The notes beneath the pieces were generated by a model that worked only from the letters and a program-made list of their open reading frames with translations, searched no databases and was not told the DNA's origin. This document shows, in pieces, positions 23,896 to 36,500 of a stretch of DNA of 64,000 nucleotides. The stretch is taken from NCBI GenBank assembly GCA_029717555.1, contig JAMDHS010000024.1, positions 62,001-126,000 of the forward strand, given 5' to 3'. The translations under genes were made by a program, and so were the position numbers. Position 1 is the stretch's first letter; each line of letters opens with the position of its first letter. Source of the DNA: Peribolospora baueri. Lineage: Eukaryota.

Positions 23896-26800
23896 ATGGC
23901 TTTCAGTGCCTCTTTGCGCACCGCAGAGGGCGTGCTGATCGACGCCGTTCGCTGCAAATGCCGTGGAGTTTCACTGCCACGTTCGAACCCGGCGGTCGAC
24001 TCGCATCGTGCCCTCGCACGGCCCAACTTCTCTCGCTTGTTCTCCTCCCAACTGCATCTCAATCATGCGCCATCCATGCGAACGACGCTGCCAAGGGAGA
24101 CACAAGAAGGCGATCGGAACCAAGCGGAGCAGACAAATTCTCAGTCCCCAACGACTATCACTTCCCCCGAAAGCTCGTCATCTTCACACTCTCGCACCCC
24201 CGAGTTTCTCAAGCTTCTCCACCCCGTCGAACAAAGCGAGCCCGCCTTGCAAGACCTGGACGTACTTAAGCCTCGGACAACGAAGCGGAGGAAGCGAAAG
24301 GGGTCAAGGGGGGGCTCCACTACGGGCGAGGTGGAGGAAGCCTTAAAGCATGTGTGGGACGGTACGCACAAGAGGGTCAACCAGGCTTTCACGCGGCCCC
24401 AACTAATTAACTTATGTCTCGAGGCCCATCTTGGAGGAGGCGAGGGCAAGGTCCGCAAAGCCTCGAAAGCGAAGCTTGTTCACTTTGTTCTTACCGAGAG
24501 ATTCGGCTTGAAGGATCCCAAGGCGAAGCCAAAGGAGAAGGAGCGGCTTCCCTCATCTACCAAGGGTAAGTCAAGCGGTCAGTCTGAGCTTGCGGCCCTT
24601 TTGTTGGATCAGAACCGGCTGAAATCGCTCCCTTCCTGCCTGGGTTATATTTCGTATTCAGTCATTCAAATGAGTTCGGCCGAGCTCTTCCTTCTCCTCG
24701 GACGCGACGGCTCCGACCTCTCGGAACTCTCTAACCGTTATCGCGTCGGGGTCACGCTGAACCACGGACCTCTCGGCCTCAAGGTCAGGGGCCAGTTTCC
24801 TGAGACGATAGAGGGTTTGGAGAAGCACCTAGAGCGGTTCAAGGATGTGAGTAGAGTGTGGAATGCCTTTTGGTGGTCATCCTCATCCCGTTCCGAAGCG
24901 TAGCTCACGCAAATGTCCTTTTTTTTTCCGCACCAGAGTATCTCCTCTACGAGTTACGACCTCCCCCGCTTCTTCACCCTCCCTTCCCCGCTTGATGTAC
25001 CCCCAACCCTGCTGCAGAACGTCTCCAGACTGTCTCGCACATTCATCGAGCCTTCCCCGTTGTCTTCCAAGGATGCCGCGGGCACGTTCAAGATCTCTTA
25101 TGTGGATGAGCGCCATTTCGCCGAGGCAAGGAGGCTGCTCAATCATATCGCATTTGAGGTGGGTGGGCCTATCTGGCGCGGAATGGAAAAGGTCTTTACC
25201 GTTTGCTTGGTGATAACACAAATTCATCCCTTGTCCTCTGCTTCCACCAGTCCATCCGTGCTCCATCCGTTCCCCTCTTGGCCGGCCTGGTAGATATCTC
25301 CGATCGACCCCCCCAATACTCCATGTTCCCTTTCACGCCATCGGATGAAAGCGTAGGGCCTCTCGCGCCGCCAGGAGGAGACACTTTCCGGATCAAGCGA
25401 GTGACCGAGTACTCCGAGGCCGTCGGGCGGAGCGGAGCTTCTTGGGACAAGGAGAACCAAGGGACGGAGGGTATTGCGGCGGGGGAGAAGGGAGACCGGT
25501 GGAGCAATATCCGGATCTTGTCGTTGCGAGGGTGAGCACTTCATCTTACTAGCTAGCGTATGAGAGCTAAGCGCTGCCTTTGTGTTGTGGGTCTACACAC
25601 AGGGAACAAACTCTGAACCCCTTGGAGGTACTCGCTTACGAGCTCAACACGCAGCAGGAGACGTCCAGTCGTGTCTATTCCGCCTCGTGAGTTCAACTTT
25701 CTATAGCTTTTGTCATCGCCAAGATCCGCGGAAGTTGTCTGACGGGACTCTCACCGGGAACTTTGCACGGGAACTTTACAGGCTGGGCCATCTCATCTTC
25801 CGCGGATCCTCGGACTCTTCGGCACTCGGCGAGGGCATCTTTACGCCCTCGCTGCCAGGGTCCTGGCCATTTGAGTACAGCCTTCCCTGGATGAGGGATA
25901 ACGGTGTGCGACCGCACTTCGTGCCTAGGTGAGAATCAAATCTGGGTGGTGGTTCATGACGTTTACTGGCGGTGCGACCTAAACGATGCTATCTGTCTTC
26001 TTCTTCTTGACGGCAGCGTTCCACCCAATCCTTCCTCCTTGGATTCGGGCGTTCAAGTGGAGCAATCTGAGTGCCTGCAACTGGTGTACAGGAAGGTCCT
26101 TCCGTCCGATCAGCCCCTGTCTGCCAACACACCCTCGCCGTCTCCTGCTTCCGCCCTTGTAGAGTCTCTTCACATTGAGCTCGACATTGAACGGGTGCCG
26201 AGCGCGGAGGAGGATGGGCAGTCCGAAACTCAGGAGGTCGGATCCGAGACATCTGCGACTATCCAGGACACTCCATCTGCCACCGAAGCCGGGGAAGCCG
26301 GGGAAGCTGCCGAGGCACCGTCTGGGAGCGCTGAGGAACCTATTGGCGCCGAAGACCCAATTCGATCCGTCGAAGGGTCCGACGAGTCCGACGGCATGCC
26401 ATCAGCATCTCCGGACGCACAAGTCGCGGTCGTTCGATGCGCGGAAGTGAGGAAGGAGGCCAGGGCGCATGTCATGATCCCGGACGCTGCGGTCGAGCTG
26501 CGCTTGGATGCGTGCGATTCTACGGCGGTCGAGGCGGGTCAGTTGCCGTCGTCTTTCATGCGCTGGCTCGATGGACTTCATGCGGGGTGCGTATTCGATT
26601 TTTATTATTATTTTTGTTTTCAACGTGCTTCTCCCGGAGATGATGAGCTGACCACTGGGGCGAACGCCTTCCTTTCCACTTCTTCTTTACAACAGCGGTG
26701 ACCTGCTTCTCGGCCCAAAGTCGACTCCTCTTCCCCCACCGGAACTCGAGCTCGAGGTCAAGGGCGACTCGGCCTCGCCCGCTCACTTCGTCCTCGAAAC

Positions 26801-27017
26801 CGCCCGTCGCGTCCGTCGATTCTTCCAGGCCGACGGCCAAGCGTCCGTCGTGATGGAACGGGCGACCGACGGAGGCGTTGACGGCCAGGATGTGCACGCT
26901 TTCAGGATCGAGTGGCGGGGCGAGCCGTCGGGGTGGCCGGAGATGAGGAAAGTGGTGGACAAGTATGCGGACGAGAGGTATCCCAGCTCTGGACTGAGGC
27001 CCAAGATTCCGTACTGA
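23896..27017 (+). CDS. Putative mitochondrial inner-membrane regulator, SLS1-like
   Basis: Multi-exon ORF with a presequence-like N-terminus, LQDLDVLKP...VNQAFTRPQL and ELFLLLGRDGSDL motifs, ending ...RPKIPY*. The gene is well supported; the family call is from memory and tentative. Confidence 0.55.
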
Positions 27018-27294
27018 TCAGTAATAAGCTCGGCGGGCGGATGCGGATGCGGATGGGACGTCATGTCGATGGGCCCAAGTACAAGTACGCTAGTTCTACG
27101 CTCCATGCTCGTTGCATTCCAGTACTTTGGTGGACAGGGTCGGAGCGGGCTCTTGCGTGTTTGCGATGCTACGCCGCTATCCGTTCGAGGCCGGGCCCAC
27201 ACCGGGCGACATCGCATCGTATCGTATCGTGTCGGATCAGATCGCATGCATCACGTAGCATTGCGGCGGAGAACACGCGGCGCGGCGCATGCGT

Positions 27295-28540
27295 TCAAGA
27301 AGAGAGAGCCCTCGCTCTCCGCTTCTCGGCGCGCAACGCCAGCTCCTCCTCCCTCTCTCGATCAAGCGTCTCCTTAAGGAGCGCCCACCACTCGTCGCCC
27401 TCCGCCTCGTTTAGCGTCTTGCCCTTCTTCGGCCGCGCGGATTCGTCCGCGTCCGCTAGCGGTTCGATGGCCGCCGCCGCCGCCGGCCGATCCGAATCCG
27501 AATCGGATGACGGCTGCCCTTCCGGCAGGTCCGAGGAGGGTCCGAGAGAGGAAAAGCGTGTGAGAAAGTGGGAGTGCAAGTCGTCGAGGCGGAGGGGCAC
27601 GTCGGCGGACAGACGGGAGGTCAGCTCGTCGAACTGAAGGGGCCGGTTGGGCAGATTGGGTTCGAAGATGAGACGGTTGTAGAAAGGCGACGAAATAGGG
27701 AGGAAGGCAGAGCAAAGGTTAGCGGCTGAATTTCCTTCTCGCTCGAGTAAGGTACGGGTGACCGGGGACTAGAAGCAAGGGAGAGAATAATAACAAAAAA
27801 AAAAAGGCAAGCGTCCCACGCACCGACCTAACCCCGAAGCTCTTAAACACCGCAAACGTAGCCACTCCCGCCAAGCCGGTGACGATGGCCGTAGCGGCGG
27901 CAAAGGCCTTGATGGCCATGAAGACGGGGTTTGGGGGTGTGTCCGGCGATGGCGGTGTAGAGGACGATGGAGACGGGGATGGGGCGCCGTGACTCTTGCC
28001 TGATCGCACGGACCTCGCCGACGACGACGACGAAGCGGCCTGGCGCATGATCGCGGCGATGGGGCTGTCCGACCGCGTCGTCGTCGTCGTCGTCGTCGGC
28101 GCTCGAGCGGCGAGCCTTGGCTTGGCGAGCGGCGTCGGAGCATCAGAAACAGACGCGAGGTGTCCAGGGCCCCTCAACCTCGCCCCGGCACCCACACCAG
28201 CACCGGCAGCAGGACTCGTACTCGCACCGGCGCTCGTCGTACCCGCACCCGCACCAGCACCAGCACCAGCACCAGCGAAACCCCCCTCCATCCTCCCCAC
28301 CCCGACTACAACACCATCAACAGCCTGCTTCGCATCAAGCACCGCCTCCCTCCTCCTCCTCCTAGCAGCAACGACAACAGATATGGCGAGTCCGGAGAAA
28401 AAGGCTAGGCCTGAGGCGGTTAGGAGGAATGTTTTTGGCGACGGAAGGTCGGGTTGGCCATTGTTGACGTCGACGGGTTTGTCGTTGTCCGTTCGTCGAG
28501 ATTTGACTTTGACTTGGACGTCTGCTGAAGGAGAGGACAT
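27295..28540 (-). CDS. Two-TM mitochondrial-type protein, AIM11/TMEM242 (DUF1358)-like
   Basis: TM1 FLLTASGLAFFSGLAISVVVAARRRR and TM2 NPVFMAIKAFAAATAIVTGLAGVATFAVFKSFGVRS, followed by an exon beginning FDELTSRL. Confidence 0.65.
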
Positions 28541-30051
28541 GGTCGGACAAGGTCAAAGATCAATAATACGTCGGTCGTCCTCGCGGCGCACAATCGAAAC
28601 CTGTCCTTGTTTGCTCCCGACGGCTTGCTGCGGTCGCCACGCCCTCTCTGTGGCCACGACAGCTTGCAACGGAGCGCAATACTGGATGAAAGATAGCTCG
28701 ACATAGAAGACGGGAAGGAAAAAATTTGTGATTGAAATGATGAGGATGGAGGCCAGGAAAGATAGAAGGAAGGAAGGAAGGAAGGAAGGAAGGAGGGGAG
28801 GTAATTCTTCGATCGGCGAGGCCACAAGTAGGTTGAGATGAAGCGCTATGAGAGGAGGTTGAGTTTGAGAGAAGACCATCGAGACAAAGGAAAGAGAAAA
28901 GAAAGAAAAAAATGCGACTAGGGCCCCCGCTGGAACATGCGAGTAGGCTAAAGCTAACGCCGACAACGACAGAAGGAAGGGGCCCATGTCAAGGAAGGAA
29001 AGAAGAGAAAGTATGGATGACGAAAGAAAGACCGCCACGACAATGACACCGACGCAGACGCCGAACCCAACTTCGCGGCATCGTCGGCCAACCAAAGATA
29101 GGCGAGCCTGGGCTGGGCTCGTACGTCCGCCTGGAGTGTCGGACGAACAAGAACGCCTGGAGCAAGTGAATCGGGTTGAGGTGGAGGTTGTACAGCGCGG
29201 TGGGTCGTCGTCGTTGCCAGAGCGGTCGCCCGTAGTCGCCAATCGCCGCGACGAGGGGAGCCCGCGGTTGAAGGAACGTCGCCGTCTCCACACGCGCACC
29301 ATATATAGAGAGAGAGAGACACACACACATCGTCGTGCCAACGTCGCCGCCGTCCCGTAGCCACCCACCGTTGCCCACCGTTGCCAAATCCGACGCCAAG
29401 CAACCACACCCATGCCCGCCCCGCCCCGCCCCGCCCCACCCGTCCTCCGATTTTGTCGCCTCGACCACCTCGACCAGTCCGCTCCGCCATGCGCTCGCGC
29501 GTCACCAAACCGCACCCGGCGTGCAACGCCCTCCTGCGCAGCGACAGCGAACAAAAGAAGAAAAGCCGAAGAGGAAGAAAAAGGTCGAAACGACCGGCGA
29601 CCGCGAGGAACGGACGGACGAAGGAAAAGAAAACGCCAAAAGAAGAAGAACGCCCACTGGTCCTAATCCAACGCCGCACCTTGACCCCATCCCACCCTAC
29701 CCAACGGACGACGACGACGACGGCCAAAAAGCGTGTATCCCCATCTCAGCCCACCCACCCACTACATCTCCAAGGCAAAACAGGACAGCGACCGAAAGAA
29801 ACGACCCTCGCGGAACCCCTCTGAAAGAGGAGGGAAGAGACGATCTTTCGGCCCTGGCGCGAAACTGAGTTCCTGAGGACGACGACACCGTGCATCCCGC
29901 CCTTGCGTCTTCTCTATACCGAAGCCCACCAGGTCCATTCCCTCGAGTCGATCTTGAAGGGAAAACAGAGGGAGGAGGGCTTGCAAGGAAGAGAGACAAG
30001 GAACGAGGGATGAGGGACGACGAAAGACGTCCTCCTCACCGCGCGCCGCAC

Positions 30052-31730
30052 TCAGTACCACCCCTGCGGCTGAGCCGCACCGGAAACGTCGTCGCGCCTG
30101 GGACGCGCGGCAGCTTGCTGCTGGTATTTCGTCTGACTGCGCAGCCTGAGGCCGGATCATCAGGACGAGGATGGAGAGAAAAAAGAGAGATAGAAGACGT
30201 GGTCAGAGCGCCTGCTCGCCCGTAGACGAAACGAATGCATTTACCCGAAAACACGAAGCTGGCCGGCCGAAACTGGCACGCTGACTACTCACATCCTGTC
30301 CGATCCATGGACGGCCCTGTTGGTATCCCCGCCGGGCGTCCCTGCGCCGTCGTCGTCTGCCTGAGCGATGACCTTGCGGCGGGGCATGGCGTGAGGCTGG
30401 CTGGGCTGCTTGGCGATCTGGGGCGCGGGGGCGACGACGGCGGCGGCGGCAGCGGCGACGGCCGAGTCCTTGTGCTCGTCCGTGGCCGTGCGCTGGGGCG
30501 AGCGCTGCTGCTGGATGGACCAGTCGAAGACGTAGTCGTACTGGAAGCCCTCGCGAACGAAGAGATCGCGAAAGAGCTTGCGAAGGTAGGAGTAGTCGGG
30601 CTTATCGTCGAAGCGAAGGGAGCGGCAGCAGTTGAGGTAGATGGCCATCTCCGAGGGGAAGCCACGGCAGAGGACCTCGGTGGGCGTCGTCATCTTCTTC
30701 TCCATGATGCGGTCGTACTTCTGCTTCTTTGTGGCGGCTTTGAGACCTTGCCAGGGAAGAGATCCGCGGAGGAAGTACATAAGGACGTAGCCAAGCGACT
30801 CGAGGTCGTCACGGCGGGATTGCTCTACAGAGAGGGGGGGATGGGGTGAGCGAGGCGGAGAGGGAGCGTGGGCACGTAGGAACGGGAAGACTCACCGACA
30901 CCCAGGTGGGTATTGATGGACGTGTACCTGGCCGTACCGGTGAGGTTCTTGTTCTCCCTGTAGGGGATGTGCAGGTGCGTCTTAGGGTCGCGGTACTTCT
31001 TTGCGAGACCAAAGTCGATGATGTTGACCTGGTTGCCGCGCTTGCCAATACCCATGAGGAAGTTGTCGGGCTTGATGTCGCGGTGGATGAAGTTGCGGCT
31101 GTGGATGTACTCGATGCGGGAGATCTATGGAGGGGAAAGGGAAAGAGAGGGTAAGCCGAGGGAGGGGTGAGAAAGTGGTGAGGCGGCTACCGCGGCGGTA
31201 CGCACCATCTGGTCGGCGAGGAGGAGGACGGTCTTGAGGCTGAACTTGCGGTTGCAAAAGTTGAAGAGGTCCTCGAGGGAGGGGCCGAGGAGATCGAGGA
31301 CCATGGCGTTGTAGTCGCACTCCTGGCCGTACCATCTGACAAAGGGGACGCCGACGCCTCCGGCGAGGGTCTTGTAGACCTTGGCCTCATACTCGAGCTG
31401 GGGATGCTTTGCCTTTACGCTCTCGAGCTTGATGGCGACCTCTTCGCCGGAGATGATGTTGATGCCGAGGTAGATGTCGCCGAAGGAACCCGAGCCGATC
31501 TTTTTTCCGATGCGGTACTGATGAAAGGAGGAGCGGAGGGTTTATCAGTCGGACTGCGACGTCCTCTTCGTCTGTCTCGGACAGAGAGAGCCAACTTACC
31601 CTGAGAACGGGGATGCCGAGGAGGCGAAGGAGAGACGGAGAGGGTGAGCATTTTCATTTCATTTCTTTTCGGATGGCGACGACGACTATGGGCAGGCCGC
31701 TACTCACTTCCCGCCCACGCGAAGATCCAT
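30052..31730 (-). CDS. HRR25: Casein kinase I (delta/epsilon type, Hhp1/Hrr25)
   Basis: [76 protein letters not shown]; final exon LRSQTK...GWY*. Confidence 0.96.
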
Positions 31731-32241
31731 GGCCGGACGGGGTGGTGAGGGCGGACGGGAGGGGAAGGCTTGATGGGGGGGCAGAGGGGGACTGCGAATG
31801 GAGGAGGGGTGTGCGAAGGGCGAGACGGGCGGCTCGAAGATAGGCGGGGGAGAGAACTGTTCGATGGGCGGCCAAGGAGGTAGCAGCGGTGGGGGAGGGA
31901 AAGCTTGGAAGAGGGGAGCAGGGACGGGCGAGATGGGCGAGGGTGGGGCTGCGGGAGGGCGAGCGAGGGGACGCAAGGGGCGAGGCGTGGATGGATAGAG
32001 GATAGGAGTAGCGTGACGGGGATGGGGACGGGTGTAAGCGGAGGGAGCGCAACGCCGAGTAGGGCAGACGTTGGGAGGGAGCGGGACGAGGGATGCGTGA
32101 GCTGGGGCCAAGGACGTCGACGACGACAACGACGATGCGAGGAGCGAGGAGCGCGCGGGTAGAGGCTTGTGGCGATGATGGAGGATGAGTTGGGAGGGAG
32201 TACAAAGGTCGTTTGTGTCGAGTTCGTGTCCGTGATCGTGA

Positions 32242-32242
<1 letters not shown>

Positions 32243-32296
<54 letters not shown>
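32243..32296. repeat. (CGTGTT)9 microsatellite with degenerate flanking units
   Basis: Nine perfect hexamer units read directly from the sequence. Confidence 0.97.
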
Positions 32297-32299
<3 letters not shown>

Positions 32300-33015
32300 C
32301 GTGTTCGAGTTACGAGTTCGTTGTTCACTCGCCCTTTTCGTCCGTCGTCGGTGCGTTGTCGCACGCCACGCTCGCTCGCTCACACGCACGCCCGCCCGCG
32401 CACGCACTCCCTTCACTCACTCACTCACTCACCTGTCGTCAGAGCAGCGCGAACCGCGATCCCAGAGTCGAGAGCCCGAGGGCGGTGGGGAGAGTAAGGG
32501 CGGTGAATGGTGGAAGAGGGGAGGGGAGGGAGGGAGGGAGGGAGTGGAAGCGGAAGGAGGGAGTGAGTGGGAGTGGAAGAGGGAGTGGCTGGCTGACTGG
32601 GTTTGGCTCGCTGGGCTGGCTGGTGGTTGGCTGGCGGCTGACTGGGCGGCGACGATGTGGGAGGCGACGACGAGCGACGGAGACGGACGACGGGACAGAC
32701 AGACGGACGGAGATGGGGGAGAGAGAGACGGGAAGAGAGAGAGAAAGGGAGGGGCGAGGAGAAAGACTGTCTAGACAGCCAGACGAAAAGAAAAGGAAAA
32801 AAGGGCCGATAACAAAAAGGAGCCAGCCTTTTCAAACTACACAGGGGAGAAAAGAAAAAGGCCCGCCCAAGCCCAAGCCCGCCTGGCCCGGCCCAGCCAA
32901 CCGCAACAACGCACGCCGACGCCCGGACCGCGCCTGCCAATCGCCCATCGCCCATCGCGCGCTCCGCCACTCGCCGCAGCCGCCGGCCCGCGGACTCAAG
33001 CGGCGATACCGCCCG

Positions 33016-33046
33016 AGCCTCAGCCTCAGCCTCAGCCTCAGCCTCA
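33016..33046. repeat. (GCCTCA)5 microsatellite; a (CCAGA)5 repeat lies nearby at ~33441-33465
   Basis: Tandem units read directly from the sequence. Confidence 0.9.
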
Positions 33047-33436
33047 ACCTCATCCTCTTTCGGCCGCGCCCCGGACTCGCTCGCCGTTGGCCCGAGCCGA
33101 GTTCCACGAGCGATGGATCGTGTCATACGTCCGTACATCTGCGTCTGTCGTCCGAGGTCCGATGCCGCGACCGACGGCTGGCTCGTTCGTCGGTTCGGGG
33201 GCGGGACCCTGGACAGGACAGCACATGCGTAACCGCACCTCCTCACACTTGCACCGACGCCGCACACTAGAAAATCAAATCCAGCCGGGTCGTCTTCCGC
33301 TGCGGCAATCCCACCGCGTCGTGCATGTGCGTCCGGCGCGACAGACGGTCGCAACACCGGACATCCCTTTCCCCGATCCGATCAGCTGCTTTGAAAGAAA
33401 GATAGACGAACACACGGAGAACGACACGAGCAAAGC

Positions 33437-33467
<31 letters not shown>

Positions 33468-33511
33468 TGGATCGCCGCTCAGCTCGCTCGCTCGGCGACC
33501 ATGCTCCCGAC

Positions 33512-34711
33512 ATGGATCCCTCCTTCCCCATCGGCTCCAGCGCCGGCCCGCGGCCTGACCTCGAAGCCGCCTTTGATGATTTGTGAGTCCCTCTTGGTCG
33601 TCGTGCCCCCGCCAGTTCAGCTCACTCACTCTCCTTCCTTCTCCCCTCGCTCGCCATAAGCTACCGCCGCTGTCTCAGCCGCGCTCCTCGCACGGCAACC
33701 CTCCTAACTTCTCGTCCATCTCCTTTCCAACATGCCGACGCTCGGACGACGCCGTCTGCGGCTGCGACAACGGCAACGACAACGCAGCATAGAGCCGCCG
33801 GACGACGCGAGAGGGTCGCACAGGCGGAGCAGCCCAGTGCAGATCCCGGGCCGTCCAAGGCCAGCCTACCCACGACGGCACCGCCTACAACGACCAAGGC
33901 CTCCGCCGCCGTCGCACCCTCACCAACAGACCTGGCCGCAAAGGCCTCCACCACCGCTCCTCCGCAAGACCCGCCGCCGAAGCGCAAGCGCGGGCGACCA
34001 CGTAAACGTCCTCTGACGCCCCCACCACCGCCGGACGGTGACGTCGCGCCCCCGAAATCCAAATCGCCCAAGGCCCCCGCCCCCACCGCCGCCGCCATCG
34101 CTCCCGGTAAGCGGCCGAAGAAGCGCGGACATGGTTGGACGGCGCTGAGGGTGCGCAAACCTCCCGCTTACCGGTCCCCACGATCTGCCGTCGGCTCAGA
34201 CACCAGTTCCCAACCGCCTCAGTATCCCTCGCCCGGCTCTTCGTCCTCGCCGCCGCATTCGACACAACGCAAGCGCCTCCTCCCGCTCATCCGACCGCGC
34301 CTCATCCCCTCCCTCCCGTCCTACCCGCAGACCCACCTCCTCGCCTTCCGTCCGCACGCCTTGGACGACCTCTACCGGCGCGCGTGGGCGGCCCGTGGTG
34401 GTGGTGGTGGCGTCGATGGCGGCGAACCGACGGGAGCAAGGGGGTGGGCCGGCGATGTGAGTCCAGTCGGGAGCGGCAGACGATTGGACATGCACAAGCT
34501 TTGGTTGCATTATGCGAGGAGGCAGAGGAGGGCTCAAGAGACCGGCGACGACGACGGCGATGGCGATGGAGATGCGGGGGGCGGTAGCAAGCCTTTTACA
34601 GCTGGCTTCGATATCGGCGGCGGCGGGGGCGGAGAGGCGGCATCCGATACCGCGAGCTCTATCGACACGTGGAGGCGACCCAAGCTCTTCCTCAGGCGCA
34701 CAATGAGATGA
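33512..34711 (+). CDS. AT-hook-containing hypothetical protein, ~373 aa, 2 exons
   Basis: Exon 33512-33582 plus exon 33661-34711 (GTGAGT...AAG intron) give MDPSFPIGSSAGPRPDLEAAFDDFYRRCLSRAP...PPKRKRGRPRKRP...LLAFRPHALDDLYRRAW...LDMHKLWLHYARR...WRRPKLFLRRTMR*. Confidence 0.7.
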
Positions 34712-36500
34712 GGCGAGCAAAAAAAAAATCAAAAACTCTATCTCCTCGACACGGACGGTGTCGTCGTATCTTATCCATCATATCGTGTCGCATCGCATCA
34801 TAACACCACGGCGAACAAACAAGACTCAGCTTCATTACCACTTTCTCATCCAAGCGCCGCCTTTGTACCCTCCTTCCCTCCCTCCCTCCTTCGTGGGGCC
34901 ATGATCCTTCCCCTTTTCTTCTGTCTCTGTTCATCGTGTACGACCGCGTCTTTTTCGTCGTTCGCTGCCGCAAAACAGTCGGTTGTTTATCTTACATCGC
35001 GGACGACACCGGCGGCGGCATGTGCGTGTCATACGATGGGGGATCGTTGGTTGGAAGGAAAGGGCTTGTGAGATGGCTGACACCTTTAGACGGCAGACGG
35101 TCCGGTCTGGAGGCCGGAGAGAGAGAGAGAGAGAGAGAGATCCGTCTTCGTCCTGCCATCATCCCTGCCTCTGCCGCCCACGTCAAAAAGGAGACGGAGA
35201 CAGAAAGAGGCCGGCGCCAGTGCCAGGGAGGCCAGGGAACGGCGTGGAGAGAAGGCGATGAAATGGAGACAGAGACATACCGTGAGCTGAAGAAATAGGC
35301 AGGGTGGTCCGTGCATGCTCGGCCATCACGTGTGTCGTTCGTTCGGACCTGAAACGAAAGGCCCGGCCCGGCGTTCGCAACGTCGGCCCTCTCGTCCTCC
35401 ATCACGCCCACACCTTCCGTCTGGGTCCATATCCCTTAAAAGGCTACGACACAGTTTGGCACGGATCACCGTCCACTTCGCTGATGGCAGTGCATGCTGT
35501 CGGCCTGCTATCCGTTTTCAAGCGCCCTCGTTCACCGGTGACCAAGGTTGAAATCAAGTGTGCTCGTCCCTCAACTTAACTTGCGGCTGACGATGGGGCC
35601 TTACAGCTGTCAGAACACGGTGATGGGCCTTGTGGAAGGTTTTATCCGTTCTAGCGTCTCGCTCGGTGAAGCGCCCCGTCTCTGCTCCTAAAGCTTCCCA
35701 CCTCGTCGACGTAACTACCAACAGTGACAGCGACTGATCGTCCAGGGTCTGTATGCGCGTCGGCCCGAACGTCCACTTCCTATTCAATCCCACCTGCACT
35801 CACACCTCGACGCGAGAGCTCGTCCAGATTATGTTTCATCGCATTAGAGCGCTCCTTCCGTCTGGTCATCACCCACGTCGTCATTATGCAAATCTTAGCC
35901 ATTTCTTGCAAGGCTCGTCGTGAGCGTTTGTAGGCAGCGAACCAAAGTCTTGACGACAGGACGGCACTGGCCCTTGCGACGCCATGCTCCTATCCTTCCC
36001 TGGTGTATAAAAATGACGACCGCCAGGGCTTGGATAAAGGCCTCGGAAAGGGCGACTCCTCTTCGCTTGTCAAAGGCGCCGCTGCGTGATATGAAGCCTT
36101 ATCTTCAACTTCCATCGTCCTCGGTCCCATTTTCCGAGAATGCATGCCTATGGAGGACCCGATGGAAGCCAAGAAATTGCCAAAGGCTGCCATCGCAGAC
36201 GAAAGATGAAAAAGAGGTCGACAGCTCGCTGCAGAGAATGGAAAAAGAGCACATCAGAAGTGCTTGAACGAAATGGAAAGCAAACGGCGGTGACGAGGTC
36301 GAGCGCTCCTCTACCGCGACGCGTATGGTTGAAGCGTCAAAGCACGGATGGATGGATGCGCGCCTGACGCACATCTAAACCACCCACCTCCCAAATTCTT
36401 CCCCGAACGGCCATCACTGCCCCCGTCCCTCCCCCAATCGCCAAGCCCTCGTTTCCGGTTCCGTCTCCCCGTTACCTTCGTCAAGTCCATTTCAACAGAC

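Noticed and set aside
28553..33357. Long ORF-track entries (e.g. 333, 310 and 304 aa) flanking CK1
   Set aside because: They are low-complexity translations of GC-rich microsatellite UTR or intergenic DNA, without domains.
34750..36400. Unannotated 1.6-kb gap with TATAAAA at ~36006 and short ORFs
   Set aside because: I could not build a coherent spliced gene or RNA, so it is left uncalled.
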